NCBI GenBank assembly: GCA_964461715.1 | Contig: CAYWVR010000001.1 | Location: 14,400 to 78,399 of the forward strand | Source: an uncultured Anaerolineales bacterium | GTDB lineage: Bacteria; Planctomycetota; Phycisphaerae; FEN-1346 | Direction: 5' to 3' | DNA: 64,000 nt | Shown: positions 46,899 through 57,535 of the stretch, piece by piece | Position numbering within the stretch: position 1 is the first letter of the stretch | How the letters are laid out: every line of letters begins with the position of its first letter | Position numbers and translations under genes: made by a program | The notes under the pieces: generated by a model | Seen by the model: the letters and a program-made list of their open reading frames with translations, nothing else | Databases searched by the model: none | What the model was told of the DNA's origin: nothing

Positions 46899-48683
46899 TT
46901 ACCATTGCTCGAGCGGCGCGAAGTCGATGTCCGGCCGGTCGAAGGTGTCGGTGCCGACGATCGTCTGGTCGTCGCCGGCGCGGCGCCAGTAGTAGTTGCG
47001 GCCGGCGGCCACCCGCCACGTCTCGCCGGTCTCGGGGTCCCGAAGGTCCGTCAGGCCGAGCGTCGTGTTCGACCACTTCCGGGCGACGTCGTCCCGGGCG
47101 GCTTGGGTCGTCTCGTAGGTGTCCTGGATGATCTTCGAGACGGCACGGGAGGTCTGGCTGACGATGTCCGAGACGTTCGCCGTCACGCCTTGTTGCATGC
47201 GGACCCACTCGGGGTTGAGGCGGACCGAGGCGACCACGTGCCCGAGAATCCGCGCCGCCCGCGGGGCGGCTTCCCGCGTCGCGAGGAACCCGTACAGATC
47301 GCTCACCTGCCACGTGCCCGTGCCCTGCATCTCGGTCAGCATCGTGCCGGCGAAGACGTACCCCTCGCATGGACGGTCGCCGTCGGTGAACGTGAACGAG
47401 ACGTCGCCGCAGTCGAGCCGCGTCATGGCGCCGGTGGCGGCGCCGGCCTGTCGGTAGAGGGCGTTGAGGCGGGCCGCCAGCTCCGACCGGTCGCGGACCT
47501 GCATGAACGCCAGGTTCTGCACCGCCGGCGCCACGAACTGCTGGACGTAGTGCCGCGCGAACGCCGCCCCGCCGGTGTACCGCATCACCTGGAACGTCTG
47601 GCCGTAGCCCGGCGAGTACGCCGAGCCCTCCGTAAAGCCCGTCTGCTCGAGCATGGGCGTGGGGGTGACGAAGGCCGGGACGCGCGTGTCGCCGCCCAGC
47701 AGGTGGATGGCCCCGTCGGGACTGGAAGCCCGGAGGATGGACCGCGGGTCGAGGGCCGAGAGCCGCGCCAGGCCTCCCTCCACCTTCCACCCCGCGGGCA
47801 CCTGCATCGTGAAGGCCCCCTCGTTCGGGTCGCGGAACGTCGTGTAGCGGACCCGGGCGGGGGGCGCTTGGACGGGGCGCGTCGGCTGGGCGAATCGGAC
47901 GCTCCGAAGGATTCCCAGCAGCGTCGGCCGCCGCGCCTCGAACCGGGCCGCCGGCGCCGCGACGACATAGAGCATGCCGCTTCGACCGACGACGCTCGCG
48001 AGCATCCGCGCCCGGCCCGGGCCTTCGGGCGACTGCCAGGCCAGTTCGGCCCGGACCTCCCCCGTGCGCCCGGGGACGGCCTCGAAGCGGGCGATGTGCG
48101 CGCCCGGCAGGACGGGCGCCAAGTGCCGGGGCGCCTGGCGGGCCCACGTTGCCGCGTCCGTCGTCTCGCGGGCGAAGATCGGGACGACGATCACGGCCTC
48201 CGCGCCGCCGGGGCTGCGGGCGACGATGAACCCTTCGTCGAGGGCTTGGACGCTCCAGCCCGGCGGCGTCGCGAGCGAGAAACCGCGCGGGTCGTCGCGG
48301 CGGGTCATCGGCTCGGCCGGCGGGGGCGAGGCCGGCGCCGGCGGGGCCGCGGGCGTGGGCGTCGGATGCGGCGGCGCGGCCGGGGTGTGGCCGAAGTCGC
48401 GGGCCAGATCAAGGGTGCCTTCCGGCAGAGGCTCCTCGCGCGGCGGGGTCGGGGTTGGCGCGGCCTCGGCCTCGCGGTGCCAGGGTAGGGCGGCGTCGCC
48501 GGCGGACGGCGCCGGCGTGGCACCCTCGCCGTCGGGGCCGCGGTGCCAGGGCAGGGCGCCGGCGGCCGGGTCGCGGGCCGTCTCCTGGTCAGGCAAGGGT
48601 GCGGGCGCGTCGGAATCGGAACCGGAGCAGGACGCGAGGGCGACCGCCCCCGCCATGAGAAGGGCCGCAAGTACGGGTCGCAT
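46899..48683 (-). CDS. Lipoprotein of unknown function with Pro/Thr/Ala-rich linker and duplicated 'ALPWHR' motif
   Basis: Lipobox ALASCSG. Low-complexity linker. ~400-aa C-terminal globular part with no recognised domain. Confidence 0.5.
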   Translation of the reverse strand: MRPVLAALLMAGAVALASCSGSDSDAPAPLPDQETARDPAAGALPWHRGPDGEGATPAPSAGDAALPWHREAEAAPTPTPPREEPLPEGTLDLARDFGHTPAAPPHPTPTPAAPPAPASPPPAEPMTRRDDPRGFSLATPPGWSVQALDEGFIVARSPGGAEAVIVVPIFARETTDAATWARQAPRHLAPVLPGAHIARFEAVPGRTGEVRAELAWQSPEGPGRARMLASVVGRSGMLYVVAAPAARFEARRPTLLGILRSVRFAQPTRPVQAPPARVRYTTFRDPNEGAFTMQVPAGWKVEGGLARLSALDPRSILRASSPDGAIHLLGGDTRVPAFVTPTPMLEQTGFTEGSAYSPGYGQTFQVMRYTGGAAFARHYVQQFVAPAVQNLAFMQVRDRSELAARLNALYRQAGAATGAMTRLDCGDVSFTFTDGDRPCEGYVFAGTMLTEMQGTGTWQVSDLYGFLATREAAPRAARILGHVVASVRLNPEWVRMQQGVTANVSDIVSQTSRAVSKIIQDTYETTQAARDDVARKWSNTTLGLTDLRDPETGETWRVAAGRNYYWRRAGDDQTIVGTDTFDRPDIDFAPLEQW

Positions 48684-48897
48684 GGCCGACCTCCTTTTCT
48701 CGAACGCTCGACGCGTGGATTATAGACCCGAAGCGGGGGCGCGACGCAAGGTCAAAAGGCCGGACGGCCGTCGCCGCGCCGCCCGGCCCGCCGGGTGTCG
48801 GCTTTTTGCCGCGCGCTTGCGTCGGCGCGGCCGCCGACGGTAGGATGGGGTCAAGCTGGAGGAGAAGGGGGGGACCCCGAACGAACGGAGACCTGCG

Positions 48898-49395
48898 ATG
48901 CTCAGCAAGAAGATGGAGAAGGCCCTCAACGATCAGATCAATGCCGAGTTCTACTCGTCGTACCTGTACCTGTCGATGTCCGCGTGGTTCACGGACCAGA
49001 ACCTGCGCGGCATGGCCCGGTGGATGGGCCTCCAGGCCCGGGAGGAATGGGGCCACGGGATGAAGATTTTCGACTACGTGCAGGAGGCGGGCGGCACGGT
49101 GAAGCTGGCGGCCCTCGAGGCCCCGCCGACGACCTTCAAGTCGCCGCTGGCCATCTTCCAGGCCGCCCTCAAGCACGAGCGGAAGGTCACCACCCTCATC
49201 GACAAGCTCGCCGACACCGCCGCCGCCGAGAAGGACAAGGCCACGGGCATCTTTCTCCAGTGGTTCATCACCGAGCAGGTGGAGGAGGAGGCGAACGCCA
49301 CGGAGATCGTTGCCCGCCTCGAGATGGTCGAAGGCGGCGCGCCCCATGCCCTGATGATGATCGACTCGACCCTCGGCCGGCGCGGCGAGGAATAG
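48898..49395 (+). CDS. ftn: Ferritin (non-haem, FtnA-like)
   Basis: Ferritin-like di-iron ligands (EFYSSYLYLSMSAW, EEWGHGMK, ALKHERKVT). Confidence 0.85.
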   Translation: MLSKKMEKALNDQINAEFYSSYLYLSMSAWFTDQNLRGMARWMGLQAREEWGHGMKIFDYVQEAGGTVKLAALEAPPTTFKSPLAIFQAALKHERKVTTLIDKLADTAAAEKDKATGIFLQWFITEQVEEEANATEIVARLEMVEGGAPHALMMIDSTLGRRGEE

Positions 49396-49563
49396 GTCCG
49401 AAGTCGGAAGCGGGTTGTCGGAAGGAAGGGCTCCGGCCGCGTGGGCCGTCATTATCCCGCGCGCACGCCCGAGACGCCTTTCCACCGAGACGCCTTTCCA
49501 TTGCGGCGCGCGGCGGGGGCCGGTACACTCGCCCGACCCGACCCGCGCGTGGAAAGGACCTCG

Positions 49564-51346
49564 GATGGGCGACGCGCCCGTGACGATGCCCGACGGCCGG
49601 CCCTTCGAGTTCTGGGACGACGAGACCGCCTGCACGCAGGTCTACCACGTTGCCCGGGCCCATCCGAAGGCCGCCGACACGAACCCCGGCACCGAGGACG
49701 CGCCGTGGGCGACGATCGGCCGCGCCGCCAAGGCCCTTGAGCCCGGCGAGAAGGTCGTGGTGCACGCGGGTGTGTACCGCGAGTGCGTCCGCCCCGCGCG
49801 GGGCGGGACGGGCCCGGACCGCATGATCGCCTACGAGGCGGCGGCGGGCGAGGAGGTCGTCGTCCGCGCCTCGGAGGTCCTCGCGGGGCCCTTCGAGCCG
49901 AGCGAGGGATGGAAGCTGGGCGACGCACGCGAGGGCGTCACCGTCTGGATGGCCGACCTGCCGCGCGACGCGTTCGGTGGATACAATCCCTTTGCCGTGC
50001 CGAACCTCTCCTCCGAGTACACAACCTTCACGAAGGACTGGTCGTGCGAGGAGACGGAGCGGCAGCTCCTTCGGCGCGGGATGGTGTTCGTGGGCGGCTT
50101 GCCGCTGGCGCAGGTCTATCGCTCGGAGTCGCTCGGGACGCGGGACGGGACGTTCTGGGTGGAGGAACCGGGCCTGCGAATCCACTTTCGCCTGTCCGGC
50201 GATGCCGATCCGGGCTCCGGGACGATCGAGGTCAGTGTCCGCGAGCAGTGCTTCGCGCCGTCGGAGCGCGGCGCGGGGTTCATCCGCGTCCAGGGCCTGG
50301 TGTTCGAGCATGCCGCCAACGGCCTCCCCGTGCCGCAGCGCGGGATGGTGAGCGCCGGCCGCGGGCATCACTGGATCATCGAGGGATGCACGATCCGGCA
50401 TGCGAACGCCCTGGGCCTGGACCTGGGCAAGGAGAGCTGGCACGCCCCGAAGCCGTCGGAGGAGGCGCGATGGACGCGCCACGTCGTCCGGGGCAACCGG
50501 GTGTCGGACTGCGGGGCGTGCGGCATTGCGGCGGTGGACACGAACGCGGGGACCCTGGTCGAGGACAACATCGTCGAGCGGATCGGCGGCCTCGACGTCG
50601 AGCGGGTCTGGGAGACGGCGGGCCTGAAGTTCCACCGGTGCGACCACGTCCTCATCCGCCGCAACGTCTTCCGCCACATCCGAGGCGCCCCCGGCGTGTG
50701 GCTCGATTTCCTGAACCGGAACTCCCGCGTCACCGAGAACGTCTTCGCCGACGTCGAGGGCATCCTCGGCGGGTGCTACGTCGAGGTCAGCCACGCCCCG
50801 AACCGCATCGACCACAACGTCTTCTGGGACATCCGCGGGACCGACGTGCCGGCTGACCGGGCGTACGCGGGCCCGGCGTGCAACGTCGACTCGGGCGAGC
50901 TCTGCCAGGTCGACCACAATTTTTTCGGCCGCGTCCGCGACCATTACGCCGTCGCGGTCCACCTGACGCAGAAGGCCCGCGTCGTGGGCGGCCGGGTCGG
51001 CTTGGGGGTGCGCCACACGGTCACGCGGAACGTCTTCGTCGAGACGCCGCGCCGCGTGTTCCTCTCGCGACGCGACGAGAACACGTGCGACGCGAACCTG
51101 TACGATGCGCGCGACGACCGCATGTCCCTCGCCATCGAGTATCCCGAGCCGCGCGCCGACCTGACGCTGGCGGCGTGGCAGGAGTACTTCGGCCTCGACA
51201 CGTCGAGCACGCAGGCCGGCCTCGAGGCGTCGTTCGACCCGGAGACGCTCGAGCTGGTCCTCAAGATCGACGGCGATCTTCCCGAGGGCGGAGCCGGGCC
51301 GTGGGACCTCGAGCCGGGGCGGCACGCGTACCGGCTCTTTTCGTAG
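49564..51346 (+). CDS. Right-handed parallel beta-helix repeat protein (pectate-lyase-fold)
   Basis: Repeated ~22-aa PbH1-like segments (NRVSDCGACGIAAVDTNAG, RNVFRHIRGAPGVWLD, HNVFWDIRG...). Confidence 0.6.
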
Positions 51347-51475
51347 CGGTTCTCTTGAGCGCGGCCGCATCCTTTTGCTCAACTTATCGGACGCTCCGCG
51401 CCGATGACCAGACCGGGCCTTGCCCCAGGGGGATGGTGGGGGATTCCTGTACGGGGGCAAGCGGAGGGACCGCCA

Positions 51476-51912
51476 TGAGCACCATGCTCGTGTGGGCGGC
51501 GGCGGCCGTGGGGGGGGTGCTGGTGACGGGGGCCTTGTTCTGGATCGCGGCCAAGGTCGTCCGCGTCCAGAGCGCGGGGCTCGGCGGACGGGCGATGCTC
51601 TCGGCCGTCTTCTGCGCAATCGTGGCGGCAGCGGTGCTCGCCTCGATCTGCATCCTTACCAGCTACGGCCGCGCTGGATGCACGTTCCAGGTCCGATGGC
51701 TCGCCGGGCTGCTGGCGATGATCGTGTGCGTGGCGGTCCTGAAGACGGGCCTCGAAGCGACTTTCGCCAAGGCCCTGGCCGTCTGGTGCGGGGCCTTGGG
51801 GATGGCGGCGGTGCTGGCGATGGTGGCGCTGCCGGGCATTGTCTATGCGTGTGCATATCTGGGATTAGGCACTCCGGGGGAATGCCTGAGCCTGCTGGAT
51901 ACGCCTCGCTAG
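51476..51912 (+). CDS. Small hydrophobic membrane protein (145 aa)
   Basis: GGAGGG RBS. Four predicted TM helices. Confidence 0.45.
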
Positions 51913-52004
51913 GGGCGGCCGTTTGGGTCCGCGGGCCTTCAGGCTCCGGGGCGTCGACGCCCAAGGCCAGGGCGGTCATGGCGTCAGGGCCCGGAGCCGT
52001 GGGG

Positions 52005-53114
52005 CTACGGGCTTGAGGATGCGTCCGATGGGCGTCCCTCCCCCGCGGGCTCCGGCGCGGCCTGGCCGACGGCAACGGTCTTGGCGGTGCGGTAGTCCTC
52101 GGGGGCGGGCTCGGGGACCGTGGTCAGGAGTCGCTGGACGATGTGTTCGGGCGTGATCCGCTCGGCGTCGGCGTTGAAGTTCGTGAAGAGCCGGTGCCTG
52201 AGGACCGGTGCGGCGATGGCCCGGACATCGTCGCAAGTGACGTGGACCCGGCCGCCGAAGATGGCATGGGCCTTGGCCCCGAGGACGAGGTACTGGCCGG
52301 CCCGGGGGCCCGCACCCCAAGTCAGCCACTCGTTGATGAACTGGGGGGCGTCCGGCGTGTCGGGCCGCGTCGCCCGCACCAGGTTCACGGCGTAGTCGAC
52401 GACGTGCTCGGAGACGGGCACCTTCCGCACGATCTTTTGGATGGCCAGGATGTCCTTGCCGCCCAGGACGAACTTCAGGTCGACGTCCCGGTCGCTGGTG
52501 GTGGTCTTGACGATGGTCCGCTCGTCGTCGCGTGGTGGGTAGGAGACGTTGACCATGAACATGAATCGGTCGAGCTGGGCCTCGGGCAGGGGGTAGGTGC
52601 CCTCCTGCTCGATGGGGTTCTGGGTCGCGAGGACGAAGAACGGGAGGTCCAGCGGGTAGCTCTGGCCTCCCGCCGTGACGTGGTACTCCTGCATGGCCTG
52701 GAGGAGGGCGGCCTGGGTCTTGGGCGGGGTTCGGTTGATCTCGTCGGCGAGGATGATGTTGGCGAAGATGGGGCCCTTGATGAAGCGGAAGCTTCGTTCG
52801 CCGGTGGTCCGGTTCTCCTCGATGACGTCCGTGCCCGTGATGTCGGAGGGCATGAGGTCGGGGGTGAACTGGATGCGGTTGAACTTGAGCTTGAGGACGC
52901 TGGCGATCGTGGAGATCAGGAGCGTCTTCGCCAGGCCCGGCACGCCCACCATCAGACAGTGGCCGCGCGAGAACATCGCCAGAAGGAGCTGCTCGATGAC
53001 CTCGTCCTGGCCGATGATGACCTTGTGAATCTCGCCGAGCAGGCGGGTCCGGGCGGCGCCGAGCTGTTCGACGACCTTCATCTCTTCGGGGCTGCGGGCG
53101 GGGCGATCGGGCAA
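52005..53114 (-). CDS. MoxR-family AAA+ ATPase
   Basis: VIIGQDEVIEQLLLAMFSRGHCLMVGVPGLAKT Walker A and ILADEINRTPPKTQAALLQAMQE Walker B/sensor. GGGAGG RBS. Confidence 0.9.
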   Translation of the reverse strand: MPDRPARSPEEMKVVEQLGAARTRLLGEIHKVIIGQDEVIEQLLLAMFSRGHCLMVGVPGLAKTLLISTIASVLKLKFNRIQFTPDLMPSDITGTDVIEENRTTGERSFRFIKGPIFANIILADEINRTPPKTQAALLQAMQEYHVTAGGQSYPLDLPFFVLATQNPIEQEGTYPLPEAQLDRFMFMVNVSYPPRDDERTIVKTTTSDRDVDLKFVLGGKDILAIQKIVRKVPVSEHVVDYAVNLVRATRPDTPDAPQFINEWLTWGAGPRAGQYLVLGAKAHAIFGGRVHVTCDDVRAIAAPVLRHRLFTNFNADAERITPEHIVQRLLTTVPEPAPEDYRTAKTVAVGQAAPEPAGEGRPSDASSSP

Positions 53115-53189
53115 CGCGGAGTCCTCCCTACGGTCAGAGCGCGCCGCGGCGGGTCACCGACCCACCGCGCTCATCGTTGCGGCTCGCGA

Positions 53190-54722
53190 TCAGTGCGTCA
53201 TGGCGTAGACGAGGATGTTGATGCCCACGCGGAGGGCGTCCTCGCGCTCCAGGCCCCGGGCGTACGGATTCGGGGCCCCGGACCACCCGTTCGTCATGCC
53301 GTACGAGCTGTAGACGACGCGGAGCTGGTTCTCCAGGATGATCCCCTCCAGGGCCGGTTGCACCATCCCCGGCTGCTCATGCAGGACGAGCGGCGTGTAC
53401 TCGATCCGCGTGATCGGGTAGACGCTCCGATAGACGGGATGGTCGGCGGGGAGACGGCCGAGCTTATGGTCGGGCAGCACGCGGCGGATCTCGCGTCGGA
53501 ATGCCTCGTCGAAGGAGGTCCGGCCGCAGCAGGCGTTCGCGAACAGGACGCCCCCGGCCGCCAGATACCGGCGCAAATTCTCCACCTCCTCGGTTGTCCA
53601 CGTAAAGTCCTCGTGGCCCGTGAGGTAGAGGATGGGGTGGGCGAAGGCGTCGATGGTCTTGAGGTCGACCGACTCCTTCGTGAACTTGACCTCGACGGTC
53701 GAGTTCTCCGCCAAGTGCTTCAGCAGGACGGCCATGGCGGCGGGCTGGGGGTCCCAGTCGCCGTCGTGGCGGACCTGGGCGATGACGAGCTGGTCGCGGG
53801 TCGGGTCGCCCGCCTGGTGGTAGATGGGTTCGGTGGAGAGGAACCGGGCCAGCTCGTAGGTGGCCAGGCAGTAGGTGACGATGTTGGCCCCGAGGTTCCG
53901 GGCGTCGCCGGGCATGATGCGTTTGCCGTGTTCGTGGAGGTGCCCGTCCCAGCCGCACGAGCAGTCGTAACCGCCCGTGTAGACGATGGCCGAGCGGCAG
54001 CCGAGGTCGACCGACTCGAGGCAGGGCCGGTCGGTCCACTCCCGCTTCTCCTCCTTATAGCGGACGGTCGTGATGTGGTAGAAGCTGGAGTAGAGCGGGT
54101 GGTCGGGCGGGACCCGCTTCATGGGCCGCTGCGGGAAGAGGCTGTGGGACAGGGCCCGGAAGGCCCGGTCGAAGTCCTCCGCGCCGCAGCAGGCGTCCCC
54201 GAGGATCGTCCCGCCGTCGATGCAGTACTGCCGCAGCTTCGGCAGGAGCGTCTCGGGCACCTCGAAGGCGTCGTGGCCGGTAAAGTAGAGGATGGGCAAC
54301 TCGGTCGGGTTGTAGGAGAACTCCGGCAGCGACGAGTCGACCGCGCGGTACCGGATGTTGAGCTGGCGGTTGGTCCAGCGGAGCAGGTTGCGGATGTCGT
54401 TCGGGTCGGTCATCCAGTCGCGGTAGCTGTAACGTTGGCCGTCGCGGGTGACCCACTTGACGTCGCCGAGGATGACCTTGCCGACGAGGGCGGGCGGGCT
54501 CGGCTCGCGCTTCTTCTCGGAGCGGCGCAGGGGTGTGGCGGGTAGCGGCAGCGGTGGGAACGATTCCGCCGCCGTCCGGCGCTGCGGTTTGGCGGGCGGT
54601 GGGGGCCCGCACGTGCGAGGCTCGGCCCGGGCCTCGACGGCCAAGGCGGCCGCCACGGCAACGAACGTGAGCACGCCGAACAAGCGAACCGCATGGGCCG
54701 ACGTCGGCATCACGCGAGACAT
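53190..54722 (-). CDS. Secreted tandem-repeat protein, DUF4159-like (two ~200-aa repeats), immediately upstream of MoxR
   Basis: Signal peptide. Duplicated ILYFTGHDAFE...ACCGAEDFDRAFR / ILYLTGHEDFT...ACCGRTSFDEAFR modules. Confidence 0.5.
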   Translation of the reverse strand: MSRVMPTSAHAVRLFGVLTFVAVAAALAVEARAEPRTCGPPPPAKPQRRTAAESFPPLPLPATPLRRSEKKREPSPPALVGKVILGDVKWVTRDGQRYSYRDWMTDPNDIRNLLRWTNRQLNIRYRAVDSSLPEFSYNPTELPILYFTGHDAFEVPETLLPKLRQYCIDGGTILGDACCGAEDFDRAFRALSHSLFPQRPMKRVPPDHPLYSSFYHITTVRYKEEKREWTDRPCLESVDLGCRSAIVYTGGYDCSCGWDGHLHEHGKRIMPGDARNLGANIVTYCLATYELARFLSTEPIYHQAGDPTRDQLVIAQVRHDGDWDPQPAAMAVLLKHLAENSTVEVKFTKESVDLKTIDAFAHPILYLTGHEDFTWTTEEVENLRRYLAAGGVLFANACCGRTSFDEAFRREIRRVLPDHKLGRLPADHPVYRSVYPITRIEYTPLVLHEQPGMVQPALEGIILENQLRVVYSSYGMTNGWSGAPNPYARGLEREDALRVGINILVYAMTH

Positions 54723-55065
54723 GCGCCGTCCTCCCTGGATCGGGACTCGCCGCAGAACACGGAACCTTGATCGTCGCCGCCGCGCCCCGCGGGCTCCCTT
54801 GCCTTAAAGCCTTAAATCGGCGCGCGCGGCGCAAGGGACCGCCAAAAATGAGCACATCCTGTCCGCCGGCGCGCACCTCCCACGGGCATTATACCTCAGA
54901 AAGGGCCGGAAATCGCACGAAAAGGGCCGGGGTTCGCACTCCCGGGCGGCCCGCGGCGGCGCAAAATTCGGAGCCGGGTCGGCCCCGCGCCGGCCCGGCT
55001 CCCTGCCCGACTGCCAACGTCCTGCGATTCCAACCTCCCAAAAGGCGTCTTCCCTGACGCGTCGG

Positions 55066-55323
55066 TTACAGGCCCAGCTCCTCCATGAGACGCCGGACGG
55101 TCCCGTCGATCCGCTCCGGGGTCTCGAACTCGCCCCGAGCGATCAGCTCCCGCATCCGCTGGACCTTCTCGAAGCGGATGTCGGGCATGCGGCTGATCTT
55201 CTCGAACAGCCGCACGGTGTCGCCCATGTCGGGCCCTTCCGCGAGGGGTGGGGGGACCGGCCGGCCCGTGGGGGCCGGGGTCTCCAACTCGTGCTTCATC
55301 AGCTCGCGTCTTCGGTCACGCAT
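55066..55323 (-). CDS. flgM: FlgM-like anti-sigma-28 factor
   Basis: C-terminal IRFEKVQRMRELIARGEFETPERIDGTVRRLMEEL resembles the FlgM sigma-28-binding helix region. Confidence 0.5.
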   Translation of the reverse strand: MRDRRRELMKHELETPAPTGRPVPPPLAEGPDMGDTVRLFEKISRMPDIRFEKVQRMRELIARGEFETPERIDGTVRRLMEELGL

Positions 55324-55781
55324 CTCTCACTCGCTCCTGTTTCGTCCCGCCGGCCCGGACGCGGCGACGCCCGAGGGCTGCGGCGGCTCCCAGTGCGGCC
55401 GGAGGCGTGGGTCTGGGCCGGTTCCGGGCTTCCCCTTGGTTCCGCGACCGGGTCCGGCGCCTCACGTCCCGGCTCCCCGTCGCGTCACTATTGGTATCGG
55501 CGTAGACGGCCAAGGCCTTGAGGCGAAGGGCCGCCGGCCCGATTCTTCCTAACTCTCTTTCCCACAGTAGTTTACGAGGATTTCGCCGGTTCGTCCAGCC
55601 GGATTCCCGCGAAAATTCTTGTGGCCCCGAAAGCGTTTCCAGTTAGCAAGCTTCGCCAGATTCCCTATCTTCTCAAGCGGGCCCCCTGAGACGCCGACAA
55701 ACCGGGGTGGAGCACAAGGTGTTGCACCCGCTCGCGGGGACCTCTACCCCGGGGGCCGCCCGGCGTGCGGGGGAGGGCCCT

Positions 55782-57029
55782 ATGACGAATCCCCGGAGAC
55801 GCGCCGTCCTCCTGGCATCGACCGCGGCGGCGGTCGTGGCCCTGGCCGCAGTGGCGCGGGGCGGGAGTCGGGTCCGCCGCGAGGGCAACGACCTCTGCCT
55901 CGACACGACGCATTACACCGTCCGCACCGACCACGCCGAGGCCGTGCTTCGGACCGTCGCCGCCCAGCAGGAGGCCCTTCACACCGAGCTTCATCGCCGC
56001 ATGGGCGGCCTGAAGCCCGCGGGCGCCCCCGGCCGCATGACCGTCCTCGTCTGCCGCACACGGGAGCGGTATCTCGAAGAGGTGGGGGAGGAGGGGGGCG
56101 GCTCGCGCGGCGCGTACATGCCGCCCCGGAACCTGCTGGCCTCGTGGGCGGGCCCGGAGGAGATCGACGCGCTGCTGGCGACCCTCCGGCACGAGGGCAC
56201 CCACCAGTTCGTCGCCCACTTCGTCGGCCCGGGCTGCCCGGTCTGGCTCAACGAGGGCCTGGCCGTCCTCTACGAGCACGCCGAGTTCGCGGGCGGCCGG
56301 CTCCAGGTCGGGCGGCTCGTGCCGCGCCGGGTCACGGCCCTGAAGCGGGCCATTGCCGAGGGGACGGTGGTGCCCCTGGGGACGATGCGCCGCATGAGTG
56401 CCGAGGAGTGGCTCCGGCGTGTCGCCCGGGGCGGCGAGGAGGGGACGCGCCTCTACGACCAGGCGTGGGCCATGGTCCATTTCCTGGCCTACGCCGAGGG
56501 CGGCAAGTACCAACGACCCTTCTACGATTGCCTCGCCCTCCTGGCTGCCGGCCGCGACCCCGATGCCGCGTGGGCCGAGACCTTCGGCACGAACGACCGG
56601 GGGTTCCAAGCCTGGTGGAAGGCGTACGTGCGGGAGATGGTCGCTCCGCCGGACGCCGACTGCCGCACGCGGCTCGAGATTCTGGGCCGGGTGCTGGCGG
56701 AGGTGTACCGGAATCGGCCGGAGCTGGCCCGCGATCCGGAGACGTTTCGCAACGCGATGCTTGACGGACGCCTCGGGACGTGGCACATTCATCTGGCGGG
56801 CGGCGAGACGATCACGAGCGACGCGCGGGACCGCCCGGCCGCCCTGTTCCGCTGCCCGGCCGACCGGAGCGGCGGCGAGGTGATCCATACGTGGATTCCG
56901 GCGCGTGGCGGCGAGCCGCCGCGTCTGAAGTGCACGCACCACACGGGCGTGGTGCTGGAGACGCGGGTGGTCCGCGGCGCGGACGGCGAGACGGACGTGG
57001 TCGTCGTGGCGACGGCGGCGCGCCCCTGA
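55782..57029 (+). CDS. DUF1570-family protein (putative metallopeptidase-like)
   Basis: HEGTHQFV...WLNEGLAVLYE motif pair typical of DUF1570. Signal peptide. Confidence 0.6.
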   Translation: MTNPRRRAVLLASTAAAVVALAAVARGGSRVRREGNDLCLDTTHYTVRTDHAEAVLRTVAAQQEALHTELHRRMGGLKPAGAPGRMTVLVCRTRERYLEEVGEEGGGSRGAYMPPRNLLASWAGPEEIDALLATLRHEGTHQFVAHFVGPGCPVWLNEGLAVLYEHAEFAGGRLQVGRLVPRRVTALKRAIAEGTVVPLGTMRRMSAEEWLRRVARGGEEGTRLYDQAWAMVHFLAYAEGGKYQRPFYDCLALLAAGRDPDAAWAETFGTNDRGFQAWWKAYVREMVAPPDADCRTRLEILGRVLAEVYRNRPELARDPETFRNAMLDGRLGTWHIHLAGGETITSDARDRPAALFRCPADRSGGEVIHTWIPARGGEPPRLKCTHHTGVVLETRVVRGADGETDVVVVATAARP

Positions 57030-57056
57030 GGACCCCGGCCTCCCGAGGAGACGAGC

Positions 57057-57512
57057 ATGATCGACGGCGTCAAGGTCACGAAGCTGCGGGCGATCCCCGA
57101 CGAGCGAGGTCGCCTGATGGAGATGTTCCGAAGCGACGACGAGGACTTCGAGCGGTTCGGCCAGGTCTACCTGACGACGGCCTATGCGGGTGTCGTCAAG
57201 GCGTGGCACTACCACAAGAAGCAGACGGACAATTTCGTGTGCGTACAGGGGATGATGAAGGTGGCCCTGTATGATGCGCGGAAGGATTCGCCGACCCGCG
57301 GCGAGGTGAACGAGTTCTTCCTCGGCGTGTGGAACCCGATCCGGGTCCGCATCCCGAAGGGGGTCTATCACGGGTTCAAGTGCATCTCGACCGGCGAGGC
57401 GATGATCGTCAACGTTCCGACGGAGGTCTACAACTACGACGAGCCCGACGAGCATCGCCTGCCCGCCCACACCGACGAGATTCCGTACGACTGGGGGCGC
57501 GAGGATCGATAG
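57057..57512 (+). CDS. dTDP-4-dehydrorhamnose 3,5-epimerase-like cupin (RmlC family)
   Basis: RmlC-family cupin core: DERG...YHKKQTDNFVCVQG...HGF. Confidence 0.7.
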   Translation: MIDGVKVTKLRAIPDERGRLMEMFRSDDEDFERFGQVYLTTAYAGVVKAWHYHKKQTDNFVCVQGMMKVALYDARKDSPTRGEVNEFFLGVWNPIRVRIPKGVYHGFKCISTGEAMIVNVPTEVYNYDEPDEHRLPAHTDEIPYDWGREDR

Positions 57513-57535
57513 GGCTGGATCGGGGGAGGCACGCC

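Noticed and set aside
52143-54545. 800-aa plus-strand ORF antisense to MoxR and the DUF4159-like gene
   Set aside because: MoxR Walker motifs lie on the minus strand. The plus-strand translation is a V/G/D/E-rich artefact.
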